DNA of 64,000 bases from Nanobdellota archaeon (GTDB taxonomy: Archaea; Nanobdellota; Nanobdellia; Parvarchaeales; Parvarchaeaceae). Position numbers and translations under genes: made by a program. Shown piece after piece: positions 18,696 to 28,841 of this stretch (the stretch's first letter is position 1; each line of letters starts with the position of its first letter). Under the pieces are notes generated by a model. It had not been told where the DNA came from and searched no databases. It saw only the letters and a program-made list of their open reading frames with translations. The stretch is taken from contig JAKAPK010000003.1 of NCBI GenBank assembly GCA_021807125.1, forward strand, positions 796 through 64,795. The letters are read 5' to 3'.

Positions 18696-20528
18696 TTAGT
18701 TGCCTTTCTTTTCTAATGATGCCAGCAAAACTTCGGATATATCTGTCACTTTTTCGTCTTTTCCTTGCACGCTCACGGCATCGCTTAGCATATTGTTGCA
18801 GAACGGGCACATTGTCACCACGTTCTTAGCACCGGTATCGGAAAGCTGGTCCGATCTCTCATGGCTTATCCTTTTCTTTTCCGGCACTTTGTACCAGTAA
18901 TTCGCACCGCCGGCCCCGCAACAAAATGTTTCCTTTCCATGATTCTGCGGTTCTGAAACCTTTCCTGCAGATTTTAGGAGCGACCTTTGTGGCTGTATAA
19001 CATCATTGTATCTTGATAGATAACACGGATCGTGTATTGCGAATTCTTCGCCAGTATTTTTGAATTTTAGTTTTCCGCTGTCATGCAATTCGTTAAGCAG
19101 CTCTACCTCATGGTAAACTTTCACATCATTCATCCACGGATCTAGTTTTCTGTAGTCGTTTGAAAACACATTACATCCGTGCGGGCACACAAGAAGCATT
19201 TTTTTAACGTTGTATTTCTTGAAAAGACCTATGTTTTTAAATGCAAAGTCCTGGAATAGCGCCTCCTCTCCAGCCCTTCTCGCAGGGTCTCCGCAACAGC
19301 TTTCTTCCCCGCCAAGTATGGCTACCTTGTCAAGTTCGCCGGCTTCCTTCAAAAGGGACAACATTGCAAGCACACTTTGTTTTGTCTTTGGGTCAAAGCT
19401 TGCCATACATCCTAGCCATAACAAGTATTCGAACGGTTTGCTGTCCCCGGCCCGCATTACACCGGTATCAAGGAGCCACTTGTTCCTGTCAGCATTCGAC
19501 GATCCGAGGGAGTTTCTTTCCTGATATAGATTAGTTAGAAGCGCCGATTTATCTTTGTCCAGTTTGTTATTTTCGACCAGGTTTCTCCTTAGGTCATATA
19601 TAACATCAAGATGTTTTACTTCTACCGGACAACTATTAACGCATGCTCCGCAAGTAGTGCATGACCACAATTCTTCTTCGTTTATTACATCAAGAGGGTT
19701 TGCATTTGGATTACCAGCGTTTTTTTGCAATGCCAGTTTCCTAATGAGCACGCGAGGAGAAAGCGGCCTTCCTGCAGCTGTGGCTGGACATGACGACTCA
19801 CATGCGCCTATCTCTACGCATGAATCCAACGAAGCCATTTCTAGACTGTTAAATTCGCTCAGCTTCCCGACGCCCATCTTTACGTTTTGCATGTCTGAGC
19901 CGGAGCTCTGTAGCTCGCTGATGTTAAATGGCACGCGCATTTCAGAGATAGGTCTATCGAAATTGTTTAAGATATTCAAAGATGGTCTTATGTAATAAAA
20001 GGCGACTATCAAGTTCCTTATCGTCGCTATTATGTTGCTTATGTAATCTAGATTCGGCATCCATTCTAGTAAAAGTTGTATTATAGTTAGGATTATAACG
20101 GAAGCCAAAGCAATTTGCAGCACTTCGGATTTAGAAGAAAACTCCTTGTTGGTTTTTAGCTCCTTCTCCGTTCTTTTGCTTCTGACAATATGCACCGCTT
20201 TCCATCCCAGAGTTATGGCTAGCCCTACCAAAAAAGGTGTGGAGATTACAAGCAGCACATACCTCACAATATATAATGAAGCAAAAAAGCCGGTTATTGA
20301 TACTAAAAGTGACAGTAAAAGACCTCCAGCTATAACTGCGTCCATCCTACCTGCAGCTGAGCCCTTCAGGAATCTCAAAACTTCAAAACGCACAAGATTG
20401 ACTGCCCTTTTCACGCCGAATTTTAACTTCAGCTTTATTGACTGTATGACAAATGAGATTGAGATTATGATTATGCTCGATATAACGACGTAATAACTAA
20501 TCGGTTGCAGAAGCGAATACGGGTTCAT
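18696..20528 (-). CDS. membrane-bound Fe-S oxidoreductase (HdrD/GlpC-like, two CCG domains); candidate ETF-oxidising EtfD-type enzyme
   Basis: About 200 aa of N-terminal TM helices. Ferredoxin-like CTTCGACVNSCP plus a partial CVEIGACESSCP. Two CCG-type Cys motifs (CCGDPARRAG and FCCGAGG). Convergent with etfA, 1 nt apart. Confidence 0.8.
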   Translation of the reverse strand: MNPYSLLQPISYYVVISSIIIISISFVIQSIKLKLKFGVKRAVNLVRFEVLRFLKGSAAGRMDAVIAGGLLLSLLVSITGFFASLYIVRYVLLVISTPFLVGLAITLGWKAVHIVRSKRTEKELKTNKEFSSKSEVLQIALASVIILTIIQLLLEWMPNLDYISNIIATIRNLIVAFYYIRPSLNILNNFDRPISEMRVPFNISELQSSGSDMQNVKMGVGKLSEFNSLEMASLDSCVEIGACESSCPATAAGRPLSPRVLIRKLALQKNAGNPNANPLDVINEEELWSCTTCGACVNSCPVEVKHLDVIYDLRRNLVENNKLDKDKSALLTNLYQERNSLGSSNADRNKWLLDTGVMRAGDSKPFEYLLWLGCMASFDPKTKQSVLAMLSLLKEAGELDKVAILGGEESCCGDPARRAGEEALFQDFAFKNIGLFKKYNVKKMLLVCPHGCNVFSNDYRKLDPWMNDVKVYHEVELLNELHDSGKLKFKNTGEEFAIHDPCYLSRYNDVIQPQRSLLKSAGKVSEPQNHGKETFCCGAGGANYWYKVPEKKRISHERSDQLSDTGAKNVVTMCPFCNNMLSDAVSVQGKDEKVTDISEVLLASLEKKGN

Positions 20529-20724
20529 TAGAGAAATATAAAATTCGTAATATTTATAATGCGATACCTTAATAGGTACAGTTTTTTATGCCCATTTCGC
20601 GAAATTGTATACAGTAAAGTAGAATACTAGTGCAGAAAATCCTAGAATAGCCTGTTTTATCGGCGTTGCGATATACTCCTCAGAAAACGCTTTAAACGCA
20701 GGAAACTTTTGTGTTAAATTTGAT

Positions 20725-21411
<687 letters not shown>

Positions 21412-21431
21412 TTATTACACTGCGCACTGCC

Positions 21432-22769
21432 TCAATCGTTATAGCCAAATGAACGCTGCATATCCTCAAATCGCTGCATATTAATGCGTTTGACTTTCCC
21501 AGTCTTATCAATCAATATCTTTTTGGCGTCCGGAATCGCACAATGGTGATTACCTAATGTATCCTGATACGCACCGGTGTAAGCTATGCATATGAATAAA
21601 TTTTTATCTGAATCTGGTTTTGGCAGATACTTCAATTCAGGTTCATTCTTTGTGTACATGTCATCTGAATCACATGTAACGCCGTCTATGTAAGTTTTTA
21701 CATTTTTTGCACCCAACATATTAATCGGGAACATTGACCATTTTTTATTTATTCCCCATGTATCCGGTAAATCTGTTATAAAACTTCCGTCCATTACATA
21801 CCGGTATTTACCGTTCAAACGTTTTACTTCTATCAGCTTGAATATTGTGAGTTGAGTTGGCGCTGCGACCCAGCGGCCTGCTTCTAACGCCAAGTGTGTT
21901 ATCCTTCCGCGTGAATTCATGTTAAGTCTTTCTATGGCATCAATGATACACTCGAAATATTCTTGCGAATCGTGGCGGGCGTCCCGTGCTTGATCGTAAA
22001 AGGCCATTCCGCCGCCAACATCTACAAGTAAATCGTTTATTAGCCCTTCATCGAAATTTTTAAGAATGACTTGCAACAATGATATTCCCTTTGACAATTT
22101 ATCAAAACTCGCTGGCTCGCCAAAATGCAAATGCAATAGCGCCAAATCGGTTTTTATTAAACTTGCTATGTGTACTGCATCATCAAGCGACATACCAAAT
22201 CTGTCTTTGCCACCCGTATTTAACCGAATACCGAATTTTATTCTTTTCTTGTAAATAGATTTAAGCGTTTTCAACTCCGAAGGGTCCTCCAAGACAAATA
22301 CCACATCAAAACCTCTTTCGTTTAATGAAATAATCTGTTCGAGATAATCTTTAGACTTTGGGCCGTGAAAAATCAGTTTCTTGTGTTTTATCTCGGAAGG
22401 GAAGTTATTCAGAAGTAACTTAAGCTCGAATATATCGCCTATTTCTATTCCAACGCTTTTTTTGGAGCAGTTAATTATTTCTGACATTAATTCTTTCCTA
22501 GGATTTACTTTCATAGGATAAAAGTAACTTAGTTGCATGTTTACTCCCTTTTTATTCACTGCTGCTTCAAAATTAGAAAAAATTGAATCTATTCTGCTTA
22601 TTATAACGTTCGGAAACGTAACGTCCAGCGGTGTCCCAAAGTCCAGTGCTAGTTCTTCCAAATCGAAACTGTGCCCGTATAATTTAAGAACCATTTTCCG
22701 ATTTTGATTGACAAATTTGTACGGTATGTCAATCGGCAATTTAGCCTGATAAGCCGTATCTGATTTCAT
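21432..22769 (-). CDS. PLP-dependent (fold type III) decarboxylase, short SpeA-like arginine decarboxylase
   Basis: FGTPLDVTFPNVI.., YFYPMKVNPR (PLP-Lys context, compare SpeA YPIKVNQ), LLHLHFG, VDVGGGMA, DGVTCDSDD and TGAYQDTLGNHH parallel SpeA motifs. The start overlaps the helicase stop (ATGA). Confidence 0.75.
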   Translation of the reverse strand: MKSDTAYQAKLPIDIPYKFVNQNRKMVLKLYGHSFDLEELALDFGTPLDVTFPNVIISRIDSIFSNFEAAVNKKGVNMQLSYFYPMKVNPRKELMSEIINCSKKSVGIEIGDIFELKLLLNNFPSEIKHKKLIFHGPKSKDYLEQIISLNERGFDVVFVLEDPSELKTLKSIYKKRIKFGIRLNTGGKDRFGMSLDDAVHIASLIKTDLALLHLHFGEPASFDKLSKGISLLQVILKNFDEGLINDLLVDVGGGMAFYDQARDARHDSQEYFECIIDAIERLNMNSRGRITHLALEAGRWVAAPTQLTIFKLIEVKRLNGKYRYVMDGSFITDLPDTWGINKKWSMFPINMLGAKNVKTYIDGVTCDSDDMYTKNEPELKYLPKPDSDKNLFICIAYTGAYQDTLGNHHCAIPDAKKILIDKTGKVKRINMQRFEDMQRSFGYND

Positions 22770-25447
22770 AATTGTTCCACGATGCGGTTATACAGCAATT
22801 CTCCCTTTACTTTCTTTTCTTTTAATAATTTTACGAACAGATACGGGTCTTTTATAATTTCAAGCGCTTTTTTGGCGTGTTCTTCAAAAGTACGTATCTG
22901 CATAGGTTTAGGTTCGTTCATATCTAGTCTTAACCCTAATTTGCCAGTGTTTATGTTTCCGCGTAACCCTACAAAACCTACGGCTATATCGACATCTTTC
23001 TCGTTTACACCTGCATCGGCAGAAAATATGCGCCTGTACACCGCAAGTTGCCTTCTATGGTTGCTAACCCTATCTTCTGTCTTATCGGTCTTGTAGTCCA
23101 ATAAAACGAAGCGTTTACCGTCTTCTGATTCATATATCGCGTCTATTTTTGCCAAGAAACTCATGTTACTAGACAACGAAGGAAAAACGGAATTCATTTG
23201 CAGCTCTATTTCCTTTTCTGCGGCTATTTCCTTTGTTCCTTTTGCCAAGAGTTGCCTGTCTATTTCTTTTATATTTTCCAAGAACCGCATGCTTTCAGAA
23301 TCTATAGATTCCTCGTCCAGTTCCTTCTTGAACATCTTTTCGGCGATTCTGTGCACCCCTGTGCCCAATTCTGCCGCTTCACTTATTTCAGGCATGTGTA
23401 GGATGCGTTTTTTAAAAAGACCGAAAGGATCCGAAACTATTTCTTCTACAAGAGAATAAGATAGTTTGTCTATCTTGCTTAGATACGCTGATAGCGCATC
23501 CATAACCCAGGTATCCTTCTTTTCCAGGGCCATCTTAGCTTCCTCATATCTTTTATGCACGAAAAGAGAATATGCTTCATCGTACTTCTTAGAGATAGGT
23601 GCTACTTCCGCCTCTTCATCCATAACTTCACGGCTTATCAGGTTGCCTATGAGATAACGATTCTCGAGGTCATTATTGGTGCATATGTAAAGTCCTTTTT
23701 TTGCCCTCGTGAATGAAACAAAATCGACCCTTAAGTGCTCTTCCATCAGCTCTTCCCTGACATCTACCCCATTCACGCTCTTGATTATGGCGTACACTAT
23801 GGCGTCTATTGCGCTGAGGGTCTCAGATATCTTTTTCGGAATATAAATGACATTGTCAAATTCAAGTCCTTTGGATTTGTGCACTGTTGTAAGGACTATG
23901 TCCTTTTCTTTTTCGGCGATTTCGTAGTTTTCATCAGTCATTGACAAATACGTGAAAAAATCGTCTCTTTCCGGCTTCTCTAGAACATCGAATGCTTCCT
24001 TTATATTTTTGAGCATAGCCGAAGCGGTAGCGTGGTAGTCCTTGCCTATCGAGACTGATATGGGCATTATTATCCTATCAAACAAATCGTATATCGCCGG
24101 AAAGGTTACAGCTGCTTCTTTGTACCTGAAGAACGGTGCGGCTTCACGTTTAAGCTGTTCATCAGTAAGTTTTTTGGCGTGATATCTCTCCGATATTGAG
24201 AATGCCTCCTTTAGAATAACGCCAGAAAAAGGTGTAAATAGCGCGTTTATAACACTTTCGTCGTCGTCATAAAGCAGGCCCCTAAGAAAGGTAACTATAG
24301 TCTCCTTTGCTTTTTCTGACACCGATGAGCTTACTGTGGTCGAATAGTCCACTCCTTTGGAGTCAAGCATTTCTGATACATGCACGATCTGATCGTTCGT
24401 ACGCGTTATTATTGCACACTTTTCACCGTTCGGTATCATCATAAGTTTCTTTACTGCCGCCTTTATAGGATCCCTTGCTATTATTAGAGAGACTTCACCC
24501 TGGATGTTCTTACTGCTTTTTAACAAGCTCAACTCTTCGCCGTAAGATTTATCCGAAGTATTAGAAAGGAAATGTGTTTTTGCGTAGTCAAGTATGGCCT
24601 GGGAACTTCTGTAATTTTCCCCTTTTGTAACGCGTTTTATGCCCGGTAAACTTTCGAATTTCCTGAAATTGCCTATACTCCCTCCTTGAAAACCAAATAT
24701 TGCCTGTTTTCTATCGCCTACCAAAAAAAGCTCGTCTCCGCTTTCTATCGCTATTCTTGCTTCCAGTTCATTTACATCCTGAAGCTCGTCTACGAGCACG
24801 TATTTAAAATGTTTATATGACTTGTCGTAGCTCTTTATGAAGTTTAGTAACATGTCTGCGTAGTCTATGTGCTTTGGCGGTTTGAAAGCTTCGTAATCCT
24901 TGAAAGCCTGCAAAAAATATCCTAAAAGCATAATGAGCTCTTCATAGCTTACATTTGACATTTTCTCGGTTTCGTATATCAGCTGCAACTGCTCAGCGGT
25001 CCTCTTGGAGTCAACATTCTCCGGCATTATACTGAAACTTTTAAGATATCTTACTGCATTAACTATTTTTGGAACGAGCTCGGAGGCTACGTATTCTTGG
25101 CTATAATTGAACGCTTTGTTTTTCTGGAGACTTTTGAATACGGCATATCGCATTGGATTATCGCTTATTACTTCGTGTTCGCCCTTGGTCTTGACGAGAT
25201 AATCGTATGTAAAACTATGAAATGTGTGTACCCCTATCTTATATGGCCTTATGCCCTTTAAACCCGCTTCGTCTATCTTGTCTGTTATCCGTTGTCGCAT
25301 CTCCTCCGCTGCCTTTATAGTGAAAGTTATGCACAGTATCTCTTCTTCCTTCGCTCCTGATTTCAACAGTTCCACGACTTTTTCAGCCAAAGATGTCGTC
25401 TTGCCCGTGCCAGGGTTCGCAATGATTAGTGTGCCGCTTATCGCCAT
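22766..25447 (-). CDS. UvrD/PcrA-type superfamily 1 helicase fused to a C-terminal PD-(D/E)xK (RecB/Cas4-like) nuclease
   Basis: Walker A ANPGTGKTT, motif II VLVDELQDVN, TVHKSKGLEFDNV and VSFTRAKKGLYI. C-terminal nuclease motifs GTGVHRIAE, IDAIY.., LLDYKTDK and RRQLAVYRRIF. Confidence 0.88.
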   Translation of the reverse strand: MAISGTLIIANPGTGKTTSLAEKVVELLKSGAKEEEILCITFTIKAAEEMRQRITDKIDEAGLKGIRPYKIGVHTFHSFTYDYLVKTKGEHEVISDNPMRYAVFKSLQKNKAFNYSQEYVASELVPKIVNAVRYLKSFSIMPENVDSKRTAEQLQLIYETEKMSNVSYEELIMLLGYFLQAFKDYEAFKPPKHIDYADMLLNFIKSYDKSYKHFKYVLVDELQDVNELEARIAIESGDELFLVGDRKQAIFGFQGGSIGNFRKFESLPGIKRVTKGENYRSSQAILDYAKTHFLSNTSDKSYGEELSLLKSSKNIQGEVSLIIARDPIKAAVKKLMMIPNGEKCAIITRTNDQIVHVSEMLDSKGVDYSTTVSSSVSEKAKETIVTFLRGLLYDDDESVINALFTPFSGVILKEAFSISERYHAKKLTDEQLKREAAPFFRYKEAAVTFPAIYDLFDRIIMPISVSIGKDYHATASAMLKNIKEAFDVLEKPERDDFFTYLSMTDENYEIAEKEKDIVLTTVHKSKGLEFDNVIYIPKKISETLSAIDAIVYAIIKSVNGVDVREELMEEHLRVDFVSFTRAKKGLYICTNNDLENRYLIGNLISREVMDEEAEVAPISKKYDEAYSLFVHKRYEEAKMALEKKDTWVMDALSAYLSKIDKLSYSLVEEIVSDPFGLFKKRILHMPEISEAAELGTGVHRIAEKMFKKELDEESIDSESMRFLENIKEIDRQLLAKGTKEIAAEKEIELQMNSVFPSLSSNMSFLAKIDAIYESEDGKRFVLLDYKTDKTEDRVSNHRRQLAVYRRIFSADAGVNEKDVDIAVGFVGLRGNINTGKLGLRLDMNEPKPMQIRTFEEHAKKALEIIKDPYLFVKLLKEKKVKGELLYNRIVEQL

Positions 25448-25487
25448 TCAGAATAAATTGCATCTCATACGTTAATAGATATGTACT

Positions 25488-26009
25488 TCATTTACGTGAC
25501 TTGGATTTGAGATATTCATTCTTTAATTTAATATAATTCTGCCAGTTTTTAGTTATCCTCTCTTTGTGTTTTTCATCGACATTTTTTACGACTTTGGCCG
25601 GCACACCCATCACGATGCTTCCAGAAGGTATCCTTGTGCCCTCTGTAACTACAGCGCCGGCACCTATTATACACCAGTCACCTACTTCTGCACCATCGAG
25701 TATCATTGATCCCATACCGATTATACAGTTACTCCCGACTTTGCAACCGTGAACAATCGCAGAGTGGCCTATAGAAACGTTATCGCCTACTATCGCAGGG
25801 TTGAGCATTTCGGTTCCATGTATAACTGCATTGTCCTGAACGCTTACGTTCTTGCCTATTTTTATGTAATGCATATCTCCTCTGAGTACTGTTCCGGGCC
25901 ATATACTTGAATTTTCACCTATGGTGACATCGCCTATTATTTCTGCAGTACTATCTATGTATGCTGTTGTATGTATTTGTGGCTTTTTGCCCTTTAGTTC
26001 CCTTATCAT
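25488..26009 (-). CDS. gamma-class carbonic anhydrase family / hexapeptide-repeat protein
   Basis: Left-handed beta-helix repeats with the YrdA/PaaY-type pattern VTIGENSSIWPGTVLRGDMHYIKIGKNVSVQDNAVIHG. Confidence 0.88.
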   Translation of the reverse strand: MIRELKGKKPQIHTTAYIDSTAEIIGDVTIGENSSIWPGTVLRGDMHYIKIGKNVSVQDNAVIHGTEMLNPAIVGDNVSIGHSAIVHGCKVGSNCIIGMGSMILDGAEVGDWCIIGAGAVVTEGTRIPSGSIVMGVPAKVVKNVDEKHKERITKNWQNYIKLKNEYLKSKSRK

Positions 26010-26403
26010 AGGATTAGTGGTTTTCCATATTTTTTAAAGACTGTGTTTACATTGAATGTAACATCAAATTATTTCCAATGACTTCCTTGCTGAAGAACAC
26101 GTGTCCTTGTGCAATTCAAATAACTTATCATAAACTTATTGCCGTGTCTAGCTATGCACTATATCTTAATTCCTAACGGCTCTTTTGCGGCCATTGGCAC
26201 CGCTGTACTTAATACGCTAATTTCATCGAAGTGAATGAATCCTTTTATGCTCACGTTGTAGATATTTATATGAAAAGGCGCAAAATGAAGAGAAGCCAAA
26301 AGGATGAAGTTCTACAAGAAGAAACCGAAATATACGCCGCCGAAGAAACTTCTGAAGAAGAAAAAAGGCCTGAAAAGGCAGAAGAAATTTAAATTATTGA
26401 CTT

Positions 26404-27576
26404 ATGTTCAAGGAATTTGCTGATTTGAAGCATGTGCGTGGATTTAAGGGAGCAATATTCCCGTTATCGATAGCCTTTTTCATTTACACGTTTGGGTGGG
26501 GCATAACTGCGCCGATGTTTTCTATATTCGTGAACAACGTTACTGGTAATCTTTTTCTGACGGGCGTTATACTTTCTATAACGACAATGATGGGGGTCTT
26601 CCTTAATTTTCCTTTTGGGTTATTGGAAAGTAAACTTAATATTAAAAGAGTTCTACAGATAACTCTTCTCGTGTATTCTGTTATGGCCTTATTGTACCCT
26701 TTTGCTAATAACGTGATATCCTTGCTTTCAATAAGCATTATACGCGGTATCGCTTCTTCATTCCTGTGGTTGACATCCTGGTCATACATATTTTATTACG
26801 CAAAAAGCAAGGCTAAAGGAAAAGAAACAGGTTTCTTTTCTAGCATGAACGATTTTGCATCTGCGATCTCGCCCGTACTTGGCGGAGCTGTTGCTATTCT
26901 GTCGTTCTTTCTCCCGTTCTATCTTTTAAGTGCAACGAGCTTTGTGTCCTTTATTATAATAAGTAGGTACATAAAAGAAAAACCAAAAAGCGTCTCTACG
27001 AGCCTAAAAAAACAGATTCATACGCTTTCTCGTTACATAGAAAACAAGCATTTTATTAAAACGATACTGGTTGTTGTAGCTTTCTACGCGATAATAAACG
27101 TGTACTACTCATTTATAGCCGTGTTCCTTAACCTTGAAGGAATATCTATATTTCTGATAGGTGTTCTTCTAACAATCTCGCTTTTGATCACAGTCGTACT
27201 CGAAGTACCGATAGGCAACCTTATCGACAAGCACGGTATAAGAAAGATGCTTTCAATCGGTGTAATCGGCTCATGCGTTGCCGGAATCGCTTTCGCGCTC
27301 TACAGCAATATAGTATATCTTCTAATTGTGATATCGGTTTTTACTATATTTTATACAGTAATCTTCATAGGGCTTTATTCCAGAATGTCTGACATAATAA
27401 AAAAAGACAAAACTGCTATGACGGGCGCGATAGCCACATTCAAGGACGCTGGATACACAATAGGCCCGCTTGTAGCGGGTTTCGCTATGAATTATGTTAG
27501 CATAAAGGAAGTTTTTATCGCCACCGCATTGATGTTTATCATACTTTTACCGATAACCGCATCTTTGCACGACTAA
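26404..27576 (+). CDS. MFS transporter
   Basis: 12 predicted TM helices in a 6+6 arrangement with a basic central loop. Typical MFS organisation. Confidence 0.85.
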   Translation: MFKEFADLKHVRGFKGAIFPLSIAFFIYTFGWGITAPMFSIFVNNVTGNLFLTGVILSITTMMGVFLNFPFGLLESKLNIKRVLQITLLVYSVMALLYPFANNVISLLSISIIRGIASSFLWLTSWSYIFYYAKSKAKGKETGFFSSMNDFASAISPVLGGAVAILSFFLPFYLLSATSFVSFIIISRYIKEKPKSVSTSLKKQIHTLSRYIENKHFIKTILVVVAFYAIINVYYSFIAVFLNLEGISIFLIGVLLTISLLITVVLEVPIGNLIDKHGIRKMLSIGVIGSCVAGIAFALYSNIVYLLIVISVFTIFYTVIFIGLYSRMSDIIKKDKTAMTGAIATFKDAGYTIGPLVAGFAMNYVSIKEVFIATALMFIILLPITASLHD

Positions 27577-27586
27577 AAATCAAATA

Positions 27587-28465
27587 TTACTTGTTTCTAA
27601 TTATTCTGTCTGCCCAATAAGACCAATAAGGACCTAAGTTTTTTTGTATATCTTTCCTGTTTAGTTTATAGCCGCTAAAAAAGGACTTTAGCATTTCACC
27701 CATATACTTGGCCTTTTGTGCGTCTAGATACTCCGGTGTTTGTGCCGGCCCTCCTTTCAATCCAATGTCGTCCGTGCTATACCTGTCTTCTGGCTTATTT
27801 GTATAATGATGCAGATTTACTGCAAAATGTGTATACTTGCCTAGTTGCAATCCAGTCGCAAGGGACATCTGCGTCAGGAGGATACATCCGATGAATATGT
27901 TTCTTGCTAAGCCTCCGAGAGCTATGTCATTAGATCTCATCATATAAGTTGCATTGAGACAGCTATTATTATCAGTATAAAATTGGATGTCGATAGAACA
28001 CGGTGTGTAACTTCTAAGAACATCTGACGGCCTCCTTATGACTATGTTCGCCTGCCTAGTCGACGGATCTGCGCGAAGCATGTCTACGCATCGGGCCCAT
28101 TGTTTCACTTTACCGCCAAATATCCTTTCACCGTACGTGTATGGATATTTACCGCTTTTCCCGCGCCAATTGTTATAAAACTTCCACACCCTACCAACAT
28201 TGCCAGGGTTCAATCCAAGAAGTATGTCTAAAGTTTCAACGAGCAGCCCCCTACTTATCTTATTATGCCATATCTTTGTCGGGTCGTTAACTTCTATCAA
28301 AACATTGTAAATCTCTCGCATAACCGTGTGGTCATATCCTTGAAGACACCAGGGACCGGTCTTTCTATCCGTATAAACTCCATTTTTAAAAAGTGCATAT
28401 TTTGTCTTATTTACTGCATCGGCTATATCAGAAGACTCTATCCCCATGAGCGTGTCCAATCTCAT
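27587..28465 (-). CDS. divergent thymidylate synthase (ThyA) fold protein; possible dUMP hydroxymethylase-type paralog
   Basis: TPCSIDIQFY (compare ThyA PPCHxxxQFY, catalytic Cys), MMRSNDIALGGLARNI (compare RSxDxxLGxPFNI) and NLHHYTN (compare HxYxNH). Last gene of a three-gene co-directional set. Confidence 0.7.
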   Translation of the reverse strand: MRLDTLMGIESSDIADAVNKTKYALFKNGVYTDRKTGPWCLQGYDHTVMREIYNVLIEVNDPTKIWHNKISRGLLVETLDILLGLNPGNVGRVWKFYNNWRGKSGKYPYTYGERIFGGKVKQWARCVDMLRADPSTRQANIVIRRPSDVLRSYTPCSIDIQFYTDNNSCLNATYMMRSNDIALGGLARNIFIGCILLTQMSLATGLQLGKYTHFAVNLHHYTNKPEDRYSTDDIGLKGGPAQTPEYLDAQKAKYMGEMLKSFFSGYKLNRKDIQKNLGPYWSYWADRIIRNK

Positions 28466-28511
28466 AGAGTTAACTATGGATGCAGCAACTATTTAAGTGC
28501 GAATTATGAAT

Positions 28512-28778
28512 TCACACAAGTTGTGACTTAAATTCTTTTCGTTTTTCAACGAAATGACTTATATACGGACAATCTGGCCGAACCTTTAGTCCTTTCTTTT
28601 TAGCCAGATTAAAGGCTTCCTCTGCTAGCTTAGCGGCTACTCCGTTTCCTCTGTCCTCCGGCGGAGTAAATGTATGGTATATACTCATTATATTTCCCCG
28701 AATGCGGTACAAAAGTTCTGCTTCGCCATGCTCCGTTTTTAGGGACATTCTCCCCGTTTCATGAGTTTTTATGTCCAT
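28512..28778 (-). CDS. mini-GNAT N-acetyltransferase (YjdJ type)
   Basis: 88 aa. HTFTPPEDRGNGVAAKLAEEAFNLAKKKGLKVRPDCPYISHF fits the single-domain GNAT_acetyltran (YjdJ) pattern. Confidence 0.75.
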   Translation of the reverse strand: MDIKTHETGRMSLKTEHGEAELLYRIRGNIMSIYHTFTPPEDRGNGVAAKLAEEAFNLAKKKGLKVRPDCPYISHFVEKRKEFKSQLV

Positions 28779-28841
28779 GTAAATTACTACAAACTAATCA
28801 AATAAATATTTAGCAATTTTTATTAAATGATGCTTAAAAAT

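Noticed and set aside
19210-20493. Several 97-146-aa plus-strand ORFs inside the EtfD-like gene. The same pattern occurs at 53106-53898, 54506-54916, 60505-60912 and 61673-62095 inside the PrkA, ABC permease and ThyX-like genes.
   Set aside because: All are antisense to, or out of frame with, genes carrying clear family motifs. They are treated as spurious.
26047-26061. 15-bp palindrome TTACATTGAATGTAA upstream of the gamma-CA-like gene
   Set aside because: Short and AT-rich. It could be an operator, but it is not distinguishable from chance in AT-rich intergenic DNA.
26270-26392. 40-aa Lys/Glu-rich ORF (MKRRKMKRSQKDEVLQEETEIYAAEETSEEEKRPEKAEEI) 11 nt upstream of the MFS gene
   Set aside because: Low-complexity charged sequence with no SD or TATA that I could place confidently. 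It may be a real leader peptide, but I cannot support it from sequence alone.
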